A stretch of 64,000 nucleotides of DNA, taken from assembly GCA_944320495.1 (NCBI GenBank), contig CALUHR010000013.1, positions 96,001 to 160,000 of the forward strand, given 5' to 3'. Of the stretch, positions 40,106 through 50,757 are shown in pieces. The notes beneath the pieces were generated by a model. The model was not told the DNA's origin, ran no database searches, and saw only the letters and a list, made by a program, of their open reading frames with translations. The position numbers and the translations under genes were made by a program. Source of the stretch: Candidatus Methanomethylophilaceae archaeon. Lineage in GTDB: Archaea > Thermoplasmatota > Thermoplasmata > Methanomassiliicoccales > Methanomethylophilaceae. Each line of letters begins with the position of its first letter. The first letter of the stretch is position 1.

Positions 40106-41911
40106 TCACATCATGAAGACAAGTGCACAGATTACGAATGAAAACGAACCAAGAGCCATACTCAGGCATGTGCATACAGTTCTCCTGACAATCTCCTTCT
40201 CATCGAAAGAGTAGAGCCTCAGTCTGAGGATAGAATCCAATCCAAATCCACGCAGAAATCTAATCCTTGCAATTTTACAAGATAGATTGCGATACATGAT
40301 CAACACGCATACGATCCTTGTAACAACCAACAACAGGAGGGATGCTGATGCCCAAAGTCTGATAGCCCCGTCTGCAAGGATAAAAAGAGCCAGCAGAACA
40401 ACAGCAACGGACAGGAACGCTGGAAATCTGTGCAGAGAAACCTCTGGCACAGCCCTGCAGATGGATGCGGCCTGCATGCCCCATAGCCGCTCCACAGCCT
40501 TCTCATACTCCTGGGGAACTCCGATCAGTGATGCGCTTTTATCGGAGCAAATATGCCTCCATCCGCTTACTTTGGCAATAACGTCTAGAGGTGTGCCGAA
40601 TCCCGCTCTAAGAACGTCCTCGGTCCGAACTATGTAGAGCATCCCCGGCTTGTAGAATTCTTCCATCGACAAGGAAAGTGACTCAGATATATCCTGAAAA
40701 AAATGGGATGTATCCATCCGGAGAGTGAGTCTGGCACATTCCCCCTGTTCGATTGTAGAAAGTACGTCACTCGACCTGACAGAACATCTTAGGGGACTTA
40801 TCACCATCATGTCGCATTTCAGAGATTCCAACGAGCGAATTGTCCCCTCGTCTGTCAGTTCAGGCTCCACTCCAACAAAGATACAACGTCCGATTCTGAG
40901 ACCGTTCTCATTGATGTAGCGATTCAGACGCCCGGAACGCCACATCATCATCGAAACCTTTGCATAACCTGCGACTGCAGAGAGTGCTTTGAAAAACGTG
41001 ACTGACCCGAATAGAAACACGGGAACCAAATATGCCGCCCAAATGGGATCGACATGAATCATGGAAACTAAAATCGCCAATGGAAGAAAAATTACGAAAG
41101 TTGGCGTCAGCGGAAGATAAGTATAATCGAAAAACGGCCACAAACCAGAACGCACGATGGCGCGAAGGGTGAACAGCTCAACCGCCAGCGAGGTCATGAG
41201 AATGACGAGATTGATTGGCCACCCTGACGTTGGCAGAATCATCACAATGCATGATGTCGCCAACCATTCCACGACTATGCATATGTAGATTCCCCGTTTG
41301 GAAGCGATCTGATGAGTGCCGAAGAAAGTTTTCGTTTTTGAAGCAACATCGTTGTCATGGTCCATCGACTGGTGTATGAGGATGTAACGGACTCCCAGAG
41401 CAAAACCCAGGATCATCGTCGCCGAAAATATCACCGGATTCACCGGGATCATGAGAGGCAATACAGTCAATGGACTGCAGCGTTGGGCATATGACGAGAC
41501 AATGACCCCCATCAACCCACGCTCCTTGAAACGGATCGGCCTCAGAGAATATGACGTACTCAGGAATAGATTCGTAACAACGACGATGGTCATTGGTATG
41601 CTCGGAAAAACAAATATCGGAATCAAAACCGGAACTGTCGCTAACAAGAGACTGCAGTATCTAAAACACATCGATCTGGTCGAGAACATATTCGATTTAC
41701 CGACTGCACGATCCTGCTCCACGTCGCTGAAATCATTGGCGACATAACCCGAAATCATAATTGCGACAGAAAGAACTGAGAAACACACAAATGGCAGCAC
41801 GGACTCTTCCGGAGTCACTCCGGACACCAGAAAGACCGCGATTGCCCCCAGCATTAGGAATGGAATCTTGGATCCAGCCCAATCATCCATTCTTAAACTT
41901 CTGATTCTCAT
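40106..41911 (-). CDS. UbiA-family prenyltransferase fused to an unassigned C-terminal domain
   Basis: Asp-rich motifs NDFSDVEQDRAVGKSN and HQSMDHDND, YSLRPIRFKER; ~600 aa. Confidence 0.7.
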   Translation of the reverse strand: MRIRSLRMDDWAGSKIPFLMLGAIAVFLVSGVTPEESVLPFVCFSVLSVAIMISGYVANDFSDVEQDRAVGKSNMFSTRSMCFRYCSLLLATVPVLIPIFVFPSIPMTIVVVTNLFLSTSYSLRPIRFKERGLMGVIVSSYAQRCSPLTVLPLMIPVNPVIFSATMILGFALGVRYILIHQSMDHDNDVASKTKTFFGTHQIASKRGIYICIVVEWLATSCIVMILPTSGWPINLVILMTSLAVELFTLRAIVRSGLWPFFDYTYLPLTPTFVIFLPLAILVSMIHVDPIWAAYLVPVFLFGSVTFFKALSAVAGYAKVSMMMWRSGRLNRYINENGLRIGRCIFVGVEPELTDEGTIRSLESLKCDMMVISPLRCSVRSSDVLSTIEQGECARLTLRMDTSHFFQDISESLSLSMEEFYKPGMLYIVRTEDVLRAGFGTPLDVIAKVSGWRHICSDKSASLIGVPQEYEKAVERLWGMQAASICRAVPEVSLHRFPAFLSVAVVLLALFILADGAIRLWASASLLLLVVTRIVCVLIMYRNLSCKIARIRFLRGFGLDSILRLRLYSFDEKEIVRRTVCTCLSMALGSFSFVICALVFMM

Positions 41912-43250
41912 AGAAGTCATCTGCTCTGTCAACCTTCAGAAGTTCCAGACCGTTGTTGGTGATGAACATGCAGTTGTCACAGATCCTAGGCAGCTTTCCA
42001 CTGAAGAACAGTTCCCTCAACCTTACGAGAGGATTCCCGTTCCACACCTCGGTGAAATCACGATCGAGATTGCCAACGTTATGAAGAACGTCTATGCAGC
42101 ATGCGATGACCTCTCCCTTTGCCGTGACCATGGAGGTGTCCCAGATCCGGTCGCAGATGCCGTTGCAAGTGCTTCTGGATTTCTGGGGATTCAGGTCAAA
42201 TCCGTACAAGCTCCATCTCTCGCTCATTGGCGAGCATCTATCTATCTGGCGCGGTGGATCCCACGGCTCCGAACCTATGCGTATAATGTCTAAATCGTAG
42301 TCTGAATCCGAAAGAGACAAGAAATAATCAGGATAGATCAGCTCTATGCCTACAGCTTCTGCTACCTGAATTGCACGTTTTAGATGCGTTTTTAGAGCTG
42401 ATGGATACAGCACAGGGTCATCATATTTGTTCAAAGCATTGTCATTGATTCCCACTCTTGTGAAAATAACCCGTTGGAATCCGTTCTCGACAGCGTATTC
42501 GACTATACGCTCTAACTCAGCGATGTTGTGTCTCATCACCACTGTCGCCAACGTCATGAACGTTTGTGGTGAAGCCGACCTAAACCGACGGATGTTTTCT
42601 GTCACACGCTCCAGGTTCAGACCCTTACGTATGATGGAGTACATCCTCGGATCTACAGAATCCAACGAAACCGTCAATGTTTCAAATAAATCATGATGAG
42701 CCAGCACTGCATCCGGAAGTATTGACATGTTCGTGTTTGTGGACACATGGATGTGATACTTGGAATACAGATCTAAACGGGAACCCAGAGCAGGATCCAT
42801 GAACGGCTCCCCATTGCCATGTAGGACAATAGTGCGAAGATATGGCATCACAGATTCGAGACACGATACGAAATCATCCGTGAGATGGGATGCCCCGATA
42901 TTACGACGATAGTAGTGTACACACATTATACACTCTGCATTGCAAAATGACGTGTGCTCCAACTGAAGGGTCATTGGATAATGGCGGAATACAGACCTGC
43001 CTTCGACCAGATCGTGGCAGGCAAGTGCCTCATTGAGATCTTTGACGGTGTCGTAATCACCTAGCTCAAGACACGACAAGATCGTAGATTCTATGGCATC
43101 GGCATCGGAGAGATCCACATTCACACGGCCGTTTTCATAAGCAATGGGCGATTGACCCCGACGTATCATATCTGGCAACCAGTCTTTCATTGATTCGTGA
43201 ACAGGCGATTGACAGGTCACTTCCTGGATGTCATTGCCCGAAGACACCAC
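41883..43250 (-). CDS. Radical SAM protein with SPASM/twitch-like C-terminus
   Basis: CNAECIMC, GNGEPFM, STN, GEVIACC...VGNL...CDNC. Confidence 0.88.
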   Translation of the reverse strand: MVSSGNDIQEVTCQSPVHESMKDWLPDMIRRGQSPIAYENGRVNVDLSDADAIESTILSCLELGDYDTVKDLNEALACHDLVEGRSVFRHYPMTLQLEHTSFCNAECIMCVHYYRRNIGASHLTDDFVSCLESVMPYLRTIVLHGNGEPFMDPALGSRLDLYSKYHIHVSTNTNMSILPDAVLAHHDLFETLTVSLDSVDPRMYSIIRKGLNLERVTENIRRFRSASPQTFMTLATVVMRHNIAELERIVEYAVENGFQRVIFTRVGINDNALNKYDDPVLYPSALKTHLKRAIQVAEAVGIELIYPDYFLSLSDSDYDLDIIRIGSEPWDPPRQIDRCSPMSERWSLYGFDLNPQKSRSTCNGICDRIWDTSMVTAKGEVIACCIDVLHNVGNLDRDFTEVWNGNPLVRLRELFFSGKLPRICDNCMFITNNGLELLKVDRADDFYENQKFKNG

Positions 43251-43251
43251 A

Positions 43252-44121
43252 TCACACCCACAGATGCTGAGGGTAGGTTCCTTTCACCTTCTCTTCGTTA
43301 ATATGCTTCAAAAGAGCATCGTAATCATCGCGATACGTAACTCCCATCCATGATGCGTTCGTATCCACACAGTTCATCTTGATCTCCCCCAGAGATAGCA
43401 ACGAATCCAGAACAGTGGATAGCACGAACTCCTGTCCATCCTGCTCGTGATCCTTGATGAACATCTGAAGCCTCTGCCTTAACATAGTGAAAATCGAGGG
43501 ATTGAGCACGAACAGGTTCATGGAGACTGGATTACTCTCGCATATGCGCATTACTTTATCTGAATTCAAAGGACGACAAGCAATTCCATCCGAATCGACC
43601 CACACTTCCGACTCGATGATCCTGCGAATATGGCCGGAGTCTACCTTGCAAATGCCACGTTTCACCGTCCCGTGTGGAGAGAGTGTATTTCCGACTCTGT
43701 AGCATATGCAGCCACATTCTCCACTGCCTGAAAGCGGAGAGTTGAGCATTCCGGTAATAAGGGCACCCCTACCATAGAAATCATCAGCATTGACGACCAG
43801 AAACGGCTCCTCCAGGTGTCCTTCGCAGCAGAGAAGGGCAAATCCGGTACCAGATGGCAATACATGAACAGACATCTCATTTTCAGGATATTCCTGAATG
43901 ACGAATTCCAATGGAATCCTGGCACCAATTCTCGCCTTCAGAGCCTCGAAGAACTTCAGATGGCTCTTTTGAATAACTATGATGACTTTGCTGTAACCGC
44001 AAAGAATTGCATCATATATGGAATAGTCGATTAAGAAATTCCCGTCATCATCAACTGGTTCATACTGCTTCAACCCCCCGTATCTCTTACCGAGGCCGGC
44101 TGCCAGTATCACCATTTGCAT
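43252..44121 (-). CDS. Sugar-phosphate nucleotidyltransferase family protein
   Basis: ILAAGLGKRYGGLKQ, LIDYSIYDA, VVNADDFYG, WMGVTYRDD. Confidence 0.85.
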   Translation of the reverse strand: MQMVILAAGLGKRYGGLKQYEPVDDDGNFLIDYSIYDAILCGYSKVIIVIQKSHLKFFEALKARIGARIPLEFVIQEYPENEMSVHVLPSGTGFALLCCEGHLEEPFLVVNADDFYGRGALITGMLNSPLSGSGECGCICYRVGNTLSPHGTVKRGICKVDSGHIRRIIESEVWVDSDGIACRPLNSDKVMRICESNPVSMNLFVLNPSIFTMLRQRLQMFIKDHEQDGQEFVLSTVLDSLLSLGEIKMNCVDTNASWMGVTYRDDYDALLKHINEEKVKGTYPQHLWV

Positions 44122-44231
44122 AATTGGGACATTGACGTACCATTATTAATTTTAACTATTTTAGTATAAATTCAATTTTGAATTTGATAATAATATTTAA
44201 GACCATTATCCAGATTGAACTATGAACGGTT

Positions 44232-45545
44232 ATGAAGACTGTGAGCGAGACCAAGATCGGATTCGTCGGACTGGGATACGTCGGCACGGTGAGTGCTGCA
44301 GGTTTCGCGATTCTGGGATTTGATGTTTACGGATACGATCTGGATGAAAGGAAAGTGACCAGTCTTATAAACAGACAGCCGCTCATCTACGAATCTGGAC
44401 TCCAGGAAGTTCTGTTAGACGCCGATATTTCATCAAGAATGCATTTCGTGTATGATATCGACAACCTGGTTGATAATGCGGACGTCATCTTCGTAACAGT
44501 TGGGACACCGGAATCTATTGACGGCTCCTGCAACACATCTTTTGTCACACAAGCTCTTGAATCCATACTGTCACGTCTCACAGAGAGAGGTCTGGACAGC
44601 ATTGTTGTGGTAAAAAGCACCGTGCCCGTAGGATTCACACAAGAATTCATCGATTCTCTTGGAAACGACGAAGGAATCTGTCGGAACATATGCTTCAGTC
44701 CAGAATTTCTCAGAGAAGGATCCGCTCTAGATGACTTTCTCAATCCGAGCAGGGTGGTGATTGGCACAACTGATGCAAGCATTTTCGAGACTGTTGCCCA
44801 CCTATACGGAAAATATGAATCGAAAGGAGTTCCGATTCTAATGATGGATCCGACCTCTGCCGAGCTAGTGAAGTATGCCTCTAACTCGTTTCTGGCAGCG
44901 AAGGTCGCTCTGATTAATGAATTCGCTGACCTTTCTCACGCTGTTGGTGCGAACATTGATACCGTGTCGAGAGCGATAGGAATGGACCCACGGATCGGTA
45001 ACGAGTTCATGCGCGCATCGGTCGGATTCGGTGGGAGTTGCTTTCCGAAAGATGTGTCTGAGATTGACCATAGATCCAATAGTCTTGGAATACGCCACCC
45101 CCTCATCGGCTCAATTCTTGAATCAAACAGAGCCCACATAGAGAGGATGACGGATCGCATTGACAGATGTGCGAAACATCAAGGAATCAGAACGATTTCA
45201 ATCCTGGGCCTGGCTTTCAAACCTGACTCGGATGATATCCGCGAATCCCCTGCCATTGAAATCGCATCGAAACTTCTTGAAAGAGGATATGTTGTGAAAG
45301 CATACGACCCACTGGCAGGACCCAATGCACTTCTAGCCCTGCCAAAGGGGATTGAGATACTCGACAATGCATACGACTGCATGAATGAGGCGGAGATGGT
45401 AACCATCCTAACGGGATGGCGTTCCTTCAGAGAGCTAAAATTCTGCAGGTCTGGAAGTGTGCGGATCGTTATGGATCTCGCCAATGTCCTGGACGGTGAA
45501 ACGATCGGTGCCATGGGGCTCGAATACCACAATATAACGGAGTGA
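44232..45545 (+). CDS. ugd: UDP-glucose/GDP-mannose dehydrogenase
   Basis: GLGYVG, VGTP, KSTVP, PEFLREG, KYASN, GFGGSCFPKD, FKPDSDDIRES. Confidence 0.92.
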   Translation: MKTVSETKIGFVGLGYVGTVSAAGFAILGFDVYGYDLDERKVTSLINRQPLIYESGLQEVLLDADISSRMHFVYDIDNLVDNADVIFVTVGTPESIDGSCNTSFVTQALESILSRLTERGLDSIVVVKSTVPVGFTQEFIDSLGNDEGICRNICFSPEFLREGSALDDFLNPSRVVIGTTDASIFETVAHLYGKYESKGVPILMMDPTSAELVKYASNSFLAAKVALINEFADLSHAVGANIDTVSRAIGMDPRIGNEFMRASVGFGGSCFPKDVSEIDHRSNSLGIRHPLIGSILESNRAHIERMTDRIDRCAKHQGIRTISILGLAFKPDSDDIRESPAIEIASKLLERGYVVKAYDPLAGPNALLALPKGIEILDNAYDCMNEAEMVTILTGWRSFRELKFCRSGSVRIVMDLANVLDGETIGAMGLEYHNITE

Positions 45546-46678
45546 CGAATACGACCGTTGACTTCTCCATCGTCATACCCACATGGAACAGAAAGGAGTA
45601 CGTTGAACGTCTCCTGAAATCCATCGCAGAGGACAGACAATCCTACACGGGCGGCTCTACAGAGATAATAATCGTAGACAGTAGCGTGGATGAGGAACGC
45701 GACTCCATAATGGAATCCTGCAAAAGGTATGGTGCACGCTATATTGAAGGGCCCGACTCTGTGAGGAAAAAACGCAACATGGGAATCGTGGATTCGCGGT
45801 TCGACCATATCCTCTTCCTAGACTCAGACGTCATAGTGGAGAAGGGACTTCTGGAAGCGCACGCCAGAGTGTACGAAGAGTCCCCATCAGAGAATCTTGG
45901 AGGCACATTCGGCGTAACCGAATTCTATGGAGAAAGGTCATTCATCTGGAAAGTTGTCGAATACACGAACTACACTGTTGCGTTCGATCAGGCTAAGAAA
46001 TACCCCTATGTGAACTGGACGATTGGAAACAACGTTTCTTTCGTAAAGAAATGTCTCGTAGACATAGGTATGTTCGAAGAAAACCTGCCGTTTAAGCTTG
46101 GAGGAGATGATCTCGATCTAAGCTATCGGGTAGTCGCCAGCGGGCATCCGATCAAATGTACGTCAGAGGCAGTGACATATCATTCTCGTGAAACATGGAA
46201 TTCCAGAGATGCCATCAATAACAGGACGAAGAGATGGGGTGCGATGGAGTACTACAACTCGAAACGTCACTGGAATTTGATGAAGAAGACCCTCCCCGGG
46301 CTTCCGATCATGTTCTCTATGGCAACACTGTCCCTTTTGATATCATTCCTAATAACAGAATCAACAGCGTTTCTATGGTCTATCCCTGTGATCGGTATTC
46401 TGACGTTCATAATCGGTTTTGCCTGTGATGCTACTAACAGCCACAGATACAATATCATATACTATGGATTAGCGAAACTCCTCGGTGTAAAATACAGCTA
46501 TTACAAAATCAAAGAGTGCTGGCACAATCATGACTTCGGGCTGATTGGAAGAGTCATGATCTTTGACAAAGGACATGCCATGGCCGAATATTCTGCGAGA
46601 AGCCGTAAAATGGACTGGTTCCTGATATCGTCCGTAGCAGTATTCCTCATAGATTTCCTACTTACAAGGATGGGTTGA
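45542..46678 (+). CDS. GT2 glycosyltransferase with C-terminal TM helices
   Basis: SIVIPTWNR, FLDSD, GGDDLD; GTG start overlapping the ugd stop. Confidence 0.85.
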   Translation: MTNTTVDFSIVIPTWNRKEYVERLLKSIAEDRQSYTGGSTEIIIVDSSVDEERDSIMESCKRYGARYIEGPDSVRKKRNMGIVDSRFDHILFLDSDVIVEKGLLEAHARVYEESPSENLGGTFGVTEFYGERSFIWKVVEYTNYTVAFDQAKKYPYVNWTIGNNVSFVKKCLVDIGMFEENLPFKLGGDDLDLSYRVVASGHPIKCTSEAVTYHSRETWNSRDAINNRTKRWGAMEYYNSKRHWNLMKKTLPGLPIMFSMATLSLLISFLITESTAFLWSIPVIGILTFIIGFACDATNSHRYNIIYYGLAKLLGVKYSYYKIKECWHNHDFGLIGRVMIFDKGHAMAEYSARSRKMDWFLISSVAVFLIDFLLTRMG

Positions 46679-46682
46679 CTCC

Positions 46683-47789
46683 ATGGACTTCAGTGTCGTT
46701 ATACCGGCCCGCGGTCGCACGGATCTCCTCAGAACACTGCTGGAGAGCCTGAATACCGCCAGGGGTTTCAATGACGGTGATGTGGAAATCCTGATTCTAG
46801 ACGATAGCGACGAACCGTATTCGACAGCGATCAAATCCATGTCTACAGGACTCGGTGCAAGCTATATTCGTGCTGAAATGACAGTGGGTGCTAAGAGAAA
46901 TCTCGGTGCCAGAATGTCAAATCACGACATCGTTGTTTTTCTTGATTCAGATGTTCGTGTGTCCGATAATTTCTTCTGCGGATATGAAAGGGTTTTCGCC
47001 GCCAAGGAGATCAACATGGCGATAGGACTTTTGGAGTTCTATGGCGACGAGAGCTGGTACTGGAAGGTTGTCAAGTCCACCCCGTTCGTAAAATGTTTTG
47101 ACATGCCACGGTACATGGACATGCTCCCATGGGGATGTTCCTGCAACATGGCAGTCCGGAGAGACTTCTTCCTTGAACTATCCGGATTCAGCGATGAATT
47201 CCGCGAACCGGCAGGAGAGGATGTTGATCTAGGCCTTAGGGTTAGCAAGCGCCACATTCCAATAGTCCCAGTCAAAGAATCGGTGGCGTTCCATTCCAAC
47301 ACCACCTGGTCAAAGAGACGGGACATGATCCGTCGTGTTTGCATGTACGGGAGAGGGGATGCAGTCCTTGTTGAACGCCATCCTGACTCGACGGTGAGAT
47401 CGGGCCTCCGCCGTTGGATCTTTTTCCTCGCTATCACCATAATCTGCTGTCTTTCGGCAATCGTTTCTGAAAATGCCTGGATGCTTCTGATGATACCGAC
47501 ACTCATTGTTGCCGAACTCCTCGCTGTATCTGCCAAGATATCGGTAAAAACTGAAGATGTTAGCCTGTGTCAGGCACTGGCATCCCAAGAGCTGGTGCTA
47601 CGCAATGAGCTGTCATACATCTTGACCTGCATATCAAGAGGACATCCGGGCAACGTCTTCAGACAGATCGTCACCGTTGAGGGACAGGCATATGACATCT
47701 TGGATTTCATGAGATTCGCCTACCTATTGGACCTTGGTCTGCTGATGCTCCTCTTCATATTCTCGGGATTGGTGATAACATATGCATGA
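46683..47789 (+). CDS. GT2 glycosyltransferase with C-terminal TM helices
   Basis: SVVIPARGR, FLDSD, GFSDEF, GEDVD. Confidence 0.85.
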   Translation: MDFSVVIPARGRTDLLRTLLESLNTARGFNDGDVEILILDDSDEPYSTAIKSMSTGLGASYIRAEMTVGAKRNLGARMSNHDIVVFLDSDVRVSDNFFCGYERVFAAKEINMAIGLLEFYGDESWYWKVVKSTPFVKCFDMPRYMDMLPWGCSCNMAVRRDFFLELSGFSDEFREPAGEDVDLGLRVSKRHIPIVPVKESVAFHSNTTWSKRRDMIRRVCMYGRGDAVLVERHPDSTVRSGLRRWIFFLAITIICCLSAIVSENAWMLLMIPTLIVAELLAVSAKISVKTEDVSLCQALASQELVLRNELSYILTCISRGHPGNVFRQIVTVEGQAYDILDFMRFAYLLDLGLLMLLFIFSGLVITYA

Positions 47790-48972
47790 AGAACAGATGA
47801 AAAAATTCCTCCAGTGCGTAAAGTCGGGTTATTTCAACAATCCTGTCACCATAGAACGTGTAGAACCGTTGAAAGGTCTGTCAGAGCTGTCATATGACGA
47901 CTTTTGTCACATCCCGGTAATGACGAAGAGCGACATAAGATCGACATCCATCGAAACACGCGAACTCGAAAGCGGAAGATGCGTCGGCATATTCTCCAGC
48001 AGCGGATCCACCGGCAAGAGGACATATTATAAGTTCAGCCAAGAGGACCAGGATGTCTTCAATGAGACTGCCAGAGAGCTGTTCGGCAGACTCGGCGTGA
48101 ATTCCGACGATGTCTTCGCTGTTTGTGCCCCCGTAGGGGAGGGGATAATGGCCCACTGCATGATATGGGAGGCCATTGCCAACTGCTCGGGGTATACTGT
48201 ATGCCCAACCCCATCGCCTTCGAATGTGATGGAAATGTTGGACAACATCCCTGTAACGATAATAGCGGGATTGCCGTCTGTCTTGGACTTCTCGCTTGAA
48301 TCAGAGAAGGGGACACAGAGCCATAAGACGCATCTTCGCATGATGATCTCTGGCGGGCACTATATGTCCGAAGCGAAGCGCGATCGCATCGAGTCAGTCT
48401 GGGGGATAGAATGGTACAATGCGTATGGAATCAGCGAATTCTTCGGTCCGTTGATGTGCGAGTGCCGCTGTAAAAACGGATTCCATTACAACCAGAAATG
48501 TCTCTTCGTCGAAATTGTAGATGTCCATTCCAAAGAACCTATCGAGGGACCGGGGAAAATCGGCATAATGTTGCTCACACCTCTATGGAAGAAAGGATCC
48601 CCTCTGATCAGATACTGGACTGACGACTACGCCGAATGGATAGACGAACCCTGTACTTGCGGTGCATTCGGACGCAGAATCAGGATACTTGGCAGACAAT
48701 GTGATGTGATTTGCATCAATGGGAGATACATCTTCCCCAACGACATCGAAGAGATTCTCGTCAGGAACAGCAGAAACACCTTGGCATACTTCGACATCGA
48801 AGATGATGATATCGTCTGCTTCCTCCCGGAAATTAACGGATCATGCGGAGAGCTTGAGAGACTCTTTGACACAGAGATTCACTTCAAAACAAAGAGCGAA
48901 TGGCCCAATATCAACCGCCCGAAGCCATATTACTTCAGCAAAACATTGAAACAGAGGCTGAGTGACAGATGA
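47782..48972 (+). CDS. Phenylacetate-CoA ligase (PaaK)-like adenylating enzyme
   Basis: IPVMTKSDIR, SSSGSTGK, YGISE, PLIRYWTDD, CTCG, LGRQCD. Confidence 0.8.
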   Translation: MHEEQMKKFLQCVKSGYFNNPVTIERVEPLKGLSELSYDDFCHIPVMTKSDIRSTSIETRELESGRCVGIFSSSGSTGKRTYYKFSQEDQDVFNETARELFGRLGVNSDDVFAVCAPVGEGIMAHCMIWEAIANCSGYTVCPTPSPSNVMEMLDNIPVTIIAGLPSVLDFSLESEKGTQSHKTHLRMMISGGHYMSEAKRDRIESVWGIEWYNAYGISEFFGPLMCECRCKNGFHYNQKCLFVEIVDVHSKEPIEGPGKIGIMLLTPLWKKGSPLIRYWTDDYAEWIDEPCTCGAFGRRIRILGRQCDVICINGRYIFPNDIEEILVRNSRNTLAYFDIEDDDIVCFLPEINGSCGELERLFDTEIHFKTKSEWPNINRPKPYYFSKTLKQRLSDR

Positions 48973-49892
48973 GTCGCATACTTGTCACCGGAGGACTTGG
49001 ATTCATCGGAACCAACCTGACCCTCAGGCTATTGAAATCAGGTGACGAAGTGGTGGTCATAGATAATGCGTATACCTCCAGCCTGGAGCGTATTTCTGCA
49101 TTCGAAGAATACGATGGATTCGAATTCATAAACCAAGATGTAACAACGCCTTTTGATGAACTGAACGTTGATGGCATCTATCATCTGGCCGCACCTGCAT
49201 CTCCGATAAAATACTCCAGAAATCCGGCGTATACCGTCAGAACCATCGTGGAAGGCGCGTTCAATGCATTGGAATGCGCGAGGAACAATGATTGCCGCAT
49301 ACTGGTTGCGTCCACCAGCGAGATTTATGGTGAGTGTGAAAAACACCCTCAGAGCGAAACGTACAACGGCAATGTTTGCACCATGTCCACAAGAGCCTGT
49401 TACGATGAGGCCAAAAGATGCGCAGAGACGGTCTCATTCTGCTATCATGAGACATATGGCGTAAACGTCGTCTGCCCCCGTATTTTCAACACGTATGGGC
49501 CATACATGCAGCTTGATGACGGCCGTGTGATGACCTCATTCATCAGTTCGCTTCTGAAATCAGAACCCCTGAGGATTTTTGGAGATGGGGAACAGACGAG
49601 ATCGTTCTGCTACATCGACGACCTGCTCGACGGTTTAGAACTTGTATTCTCATCCTCACTGAAAGGCAAAGCCATCAACATCGGCAATGATTTCGAGATA
49701 TCAATAAACAAATTGGCGGACATATTCGAAGAGATCTGCGGAAGGAGCTTTGAAAGAATCTATGAGAAACGCATGGACCACGAACCGATGAACAGGTGTC
49801 CCGACCTTAGCCTTATCCGCAACACACTAGGTTACAGACCGAGGATGAACATCCGCGACGGCCTGACTCGTATGGTTGAGTTCTACAGGCGA
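48969..49892 (+). CDS. UDP-glucuronate decarboxylase-like NAD-dependent epimerase/dehydratase (ends at CGA 49890-49892)
   Basis: TGGLGFIG, HLAAPASP, STSEIYG, CYDEAKR, RIFNTYGP, QTRSFCY; ends LTRMVEFYR, 4 nt before the next ATG. Confidence 0.88.
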
Positions 49893-49896
49893 TTCG

Positions 49897-50757
49897 ATGG
49901 AAGTCACAGTAGTCATCCCAACACTGAACGAAGAAAAGCATATTCGTGAGTGCCTAGAGAGTGTGTGGTCCAATACTGTGAAACCGATTGAGATCCTTGT
50001 CTGCGATGGAGGATCCGATGATGAAACTGTTCGCATCGCTGAATCTCTAGGGGCTAAAGTCCTTATCAACAAGGACCGGACAGCTGCAACCGGCCGCAAC
50101 CTTGGCATAGCCAATGCCTCCGGTGACATAATCGCGTTCACCGACGGGGACTGCAAAGTCGATGTACATTGGATCGAATCTTTGCTGAAGGAGTTCGAAG
50201 ATTGCAATGTAGATGGCGTTGGTGGCAAAACCATTCCTGCTGATACAGATAATGAAATTGAGAGATTCTGGGGGCATATATCTCTCGAAGTCATCATGTC
50301 GTTTCCGGATCATGATTATACTGTAACCAATCGGACTCTTAATGATGCGTTTATTACTGCCAATTGTTCCTATAGGACTGATTTTCTTAGAACAATTGGC
50401 GGTTTTGACCCTTGGTTCGGCAACAACGCAGAGGATGTTGACCTATCGTGGCGTGCACTTAGTCACGGTGCGAAGCTCAGATATTGCCCTCATGCCGTGG
50501 TCATCGCTCATTCTCCTCAGACAATACGCGAAATGTGCCAGAAGAGCTTCCGCAATGGGGTCTCCTCCACCAAACTCCAGAAAGTACACAGCGGAGAGGA
50601 ATCCAGCCTCGATATCGAACTGTATCACACCCTGGTCAGATCGCTCATTGGGACGTTTAAGATGAACAAACAAGACCTTCTGCTGTCTGTCGAATTGATG
50701 TGTCACATTTGGGGAAAGATATCGAGCAGCAGAAAACTGCACTACCGTAACTGGTGA
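49897..50757 (+). CDS. GT2 glycosyltransferase
   Basis: MEVTVVIPTLNEE, DGGSDD, FTDGD, AEDVD. Confidence 0.88.
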   Translation: MEVTVVIPTLNEEKHIRECLESVWSNTVKPIEILVCDGGSDDETVRIAESLGAKVLINKDRTAATGRNLGIANASGDIIAFTDGDCKVDVHWIESLLKEFEDCNVDGVGGKTIPADTDNEIERFWGHISLEVIMSFPDHDYTVTNRTLNDAFITANCSYRTDFLRTIGGFDPWFGNNAEDVDLSWRALSHGAKLRYCPHAVVIAHSPQTIREMCQKSFRNGVSSTKLQKVHSGEESSLDIELYHTLVRSLIGTFKMNKQDLLLSVELMCHIWGKISSSRKLHYRNW

